Source: Octopus bimaculoides
Taxonomy: Eukaryota
Direction: 5' to 3'
Assembly (NCBI RefSeq): GCF_001194135.2
Contig: NC_068988.1
Coordinates: forward strand, 28,357,012 to 28,421,011
Length of the DNA stretch: 64,000 nucleotides
Part shown: positions 61,840-64,000 of the stretch, piece after piece
Numbering within the stretch: the stretch's first letter is position 1
Layout: each line of letters opens with the position of its first letter
Notes under the pieces: generated by a model
Databases searched by the model: none
Told to the model about the DNA's origin: nothing
What the model saw: only the letters and a program-made list of their open reading frames with translations
Program-made: the position numbers and the translations under genes

Positions 61840-62216
61840 CTTGTAAAAAGCACCTGTGGTGGTGCCACGTAAAAGACACCTGTGCCAGCACCACGTAGGG
61901 AGCCCCATGCCAGTGCTGTGTAAAGGGCAATGATGCTGGTGCTATGTAAAAAGCATCTGAGCTGGTGCCACATAATAACACTGGTGCTGGGGCAAACTCT
62001 GTAAAGTGGTTGGCATTAAGAAAGGCATCCAGCTATAGAAACTATGCCAAAGCAGATAACTTTTACTTCCTCTAAGCAATTGGGTTCGGTCGTCTTCTCT
62101 AGGCCATCAGAGAATGCGCCGACGTTGGCGCAGAATGCCGACGTCGGCGCAGAATGCCGCCATGCGTAAGCGGACTCGTTGGCCAGATCTAAGGACCTCT
62201 CCGGACCGTTCAATCA

Positions 62217-62252
<36 letters not shown>

Positions 62253-62546
62253 TGTGATTGACATGGGCTGATGACCCGCGCCTACCGAGAATTCCTCATT
62301 CATGGGGTTGGTTCCAGGCCCCGATCCCTATCACGGGAGATAGGGATACCTCCAGTGTAGTGCGCATGCGACCCCGGACATCTAAGGGCATCACAGACCT
62401 GTTATCGCACCGCCTTGTGCAGCTTTCTGCTTGGAACCTGATGTGACCCTTGGTCTTGCCATGTCCTGTCAAACTGTCCAACCCATGCCAGCATGGAAAA
62501 TGGACGTTAAATGATGACAACGATGATGACAGCGATGGCGATGATA
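61840..62546 (+). mobile_element. RTE LINE 3' UTR interrupted by an 18S rRNA fragment
   Basis: Tandem units 61840-62000, ...TAGAAACTATGCCAAAGCAGAT | insert | GCCTTGTGCAGC...CATGGAAAATGGACGTTAAATGATGAC tail. Confidence 0.8.
62059..62410 (-). rRNA. 18S (SSU) rRNA 3'-region pseudogenic fragment
   Basis: The minus strand has universal SSU motifs GATAACAGGTCTGTGATGCCCTTAGATGTCC, CCCTGCCCTTTGTACACACCGCCCGTCGCTACTAC and AGAGGAAGTAAAAGT. Only ~350 bp, internally deleted, with multiple CpG-type changes. Confidence 0.95.
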
Positions 62547-62579
62547 AATATTGAATAACATGAATGAATATACTGTCTT

Positions 62580-63002
62580 TTTTTTTTATCGTTTGCCTTT
62601 ACCATGTTTGGGTCATTGGATTGTTGCCATAGTGGAGCACTTTGTTGACCAAATTGATCTCAGTACTTTTTCTTTTTTAAAGTCCAGTACTTAATTTATT
62701 GATCTCTTTTGCTAAACTACTAAGTTGTGAAGCTGTAAACTAATCAACACTGTTTATCAAGTGGTGGGGGGGATAAGCACAAGCACAAACACACACAAAC
62801 AAACACACACAAACACACACACACACACACACACACATATGATGGGATTCCACACAGTTTCTGTTAACTTAATTTTCACTCACAAGGCATTAGTTGACTA
62901 GGATTATAGTAAAACACACTTGCTCAAGGTGCTGCATAGCAGGACTGAACCTGAAACGATGTAATTGCAAAGCAAGCTTCTTAGCCACACAGCTATGCCT
63001 GT
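62580..63002 (-). mobile_element. SINE family A, near full length
   Basis: Homology to family A with internal (CA)n. Other partial copies at 23905-24190, 45985-46145, 48042-48325, 53745-53955 and 63300-63500. Confidence 0.75.
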
Positions 63003-63967
63003 GCTTAAAGTGATCCCTTACTTGAAAAAGTGGTAAGGATTAGCATTACTAAGGGCATCTAGCTCTAAAACAATGTCTCAACATATTCATCCAACCCATG
63101 CAAGCATAGAAAAACAGACATAAAATGAACAAACGAACAAACCAATATTAAAATTAATGCATTGCAAAATTATTATCAGATCTATTGTATTGGCCAAAAA
63201 ATCCGTTTGTTTTTTTTTTGTTTTTTTTAAAGCAAAAATACATACATACATATATATGAGTGTGTGTGTGTATACAAATATGTATATGCATATGTATATG
63301 TGTGTGTCTTTGTATGCTTGATAACCATTGATGGCTTATCTCTGTTCCCGTAACTTAGAGGTTCAGCAAAAAAAGACCAATAGAATAAGTACTAGACTTA
63401 AAAAATAAATAAGAACTGGGCTTGATTTGCTTGGCTAAACCCTTCAAAGTGCTTCACCAGCATGGCTGCAGTCCAATGATTGAAACAAGGAAAAGATACA
63501 GATACAGTATATTAAATGAATGCAAACCTGAAAATATGTAAGAATTTTCCCAAGTTCAACATTTTATTTAATATATTTTATTTTATGGATCTTAACAATG
63601 GGAACTTTGTGATTGATACCAGTTCTTATCAGAAGTAAAATTGGAGAAATAAATATTAGTGCTTGTATACATATTCATTTGTGAACACTCATAAGCTTAC
63701 ATGACGCTCACTAATGAACTGACACACTTGTAAATATAAACTCATGTGATTATGTTTGGGTTGGTTTGGGTTGTTTCATACCGGTACAAAGCTACATTCT
63801 CTACACACACGTGTGCACACACTCGCACACGCATGCATATACACTGACAACTATGCACGCATGCACTCACAAACACATATATATCTGTATATATATCTAT
63901 ATATATATATATATATATATACATATATTTCATTCATATGTTCATATAGTTAAATATATACATGTAC

Positions 63968-64000
<33 letters not shown>

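Noticed and set aside
62059-62410. A functional rDNA unit
   Set aside because: Only ~350 bp of 18S, internally deleted and mutated, with no ITS, 5.8S or 28S, and embedded in a retroelement.

Overview
This is AT-rich, repeat-dense eukaryotic genomic DNA with eight assembly gaps (N runs at 22321-22740, 24768-24895, 38427-38768, 39992-40480, 42985-43076, 46146-46308, 50069-50078 and 55552-55643), each next to a microsatellite. The repeat families look like those of Octopus (coleoid cephalopod); that assignment comes from my recollection of the repeats, not a search. I recognise no complete host gene, and almost all listed ORFs are microsatellite or gap artefacts or transposon fossils. The window holds at least four tRNA-type SINE families (labelled A-D here) and many pieces of an RTE-clade LINE, including a ~1.7 kb decayed RT copy at 50168-51850 with a PHD-like Cys cluster inside the RT region. 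It also holds fossils or MITEs of hAT-Buster, mariner, pogo/Tigger-like, piggyBac-like, Helentron-like and Penelope elements. A CRE + CCAAT promoter-like island at ~39.6 kb with a candidate minus-strand first exon suggests the left part may be intronic. The most unusual signals are (1) two inverted tRNA-Asp fragments sharing the same 11-nt anticodon-arm deletion, one fused to an RTE 3' end, (2) a decayed 18S rRNA fragment inserted antisense in an RTE 3' UTR, (3) several dispersed minimal type-I hammerhead ribozyme motifs with palindromic helix III, (4) a 196-bp near-perfect foldback with hammerhead-like arms, and (5) SINEs that swap 3' halves at an internal microsatellite. SINE and LINE fragment boundaries are approximate (+/- 10-30 bp) unless a TSD is quoted.
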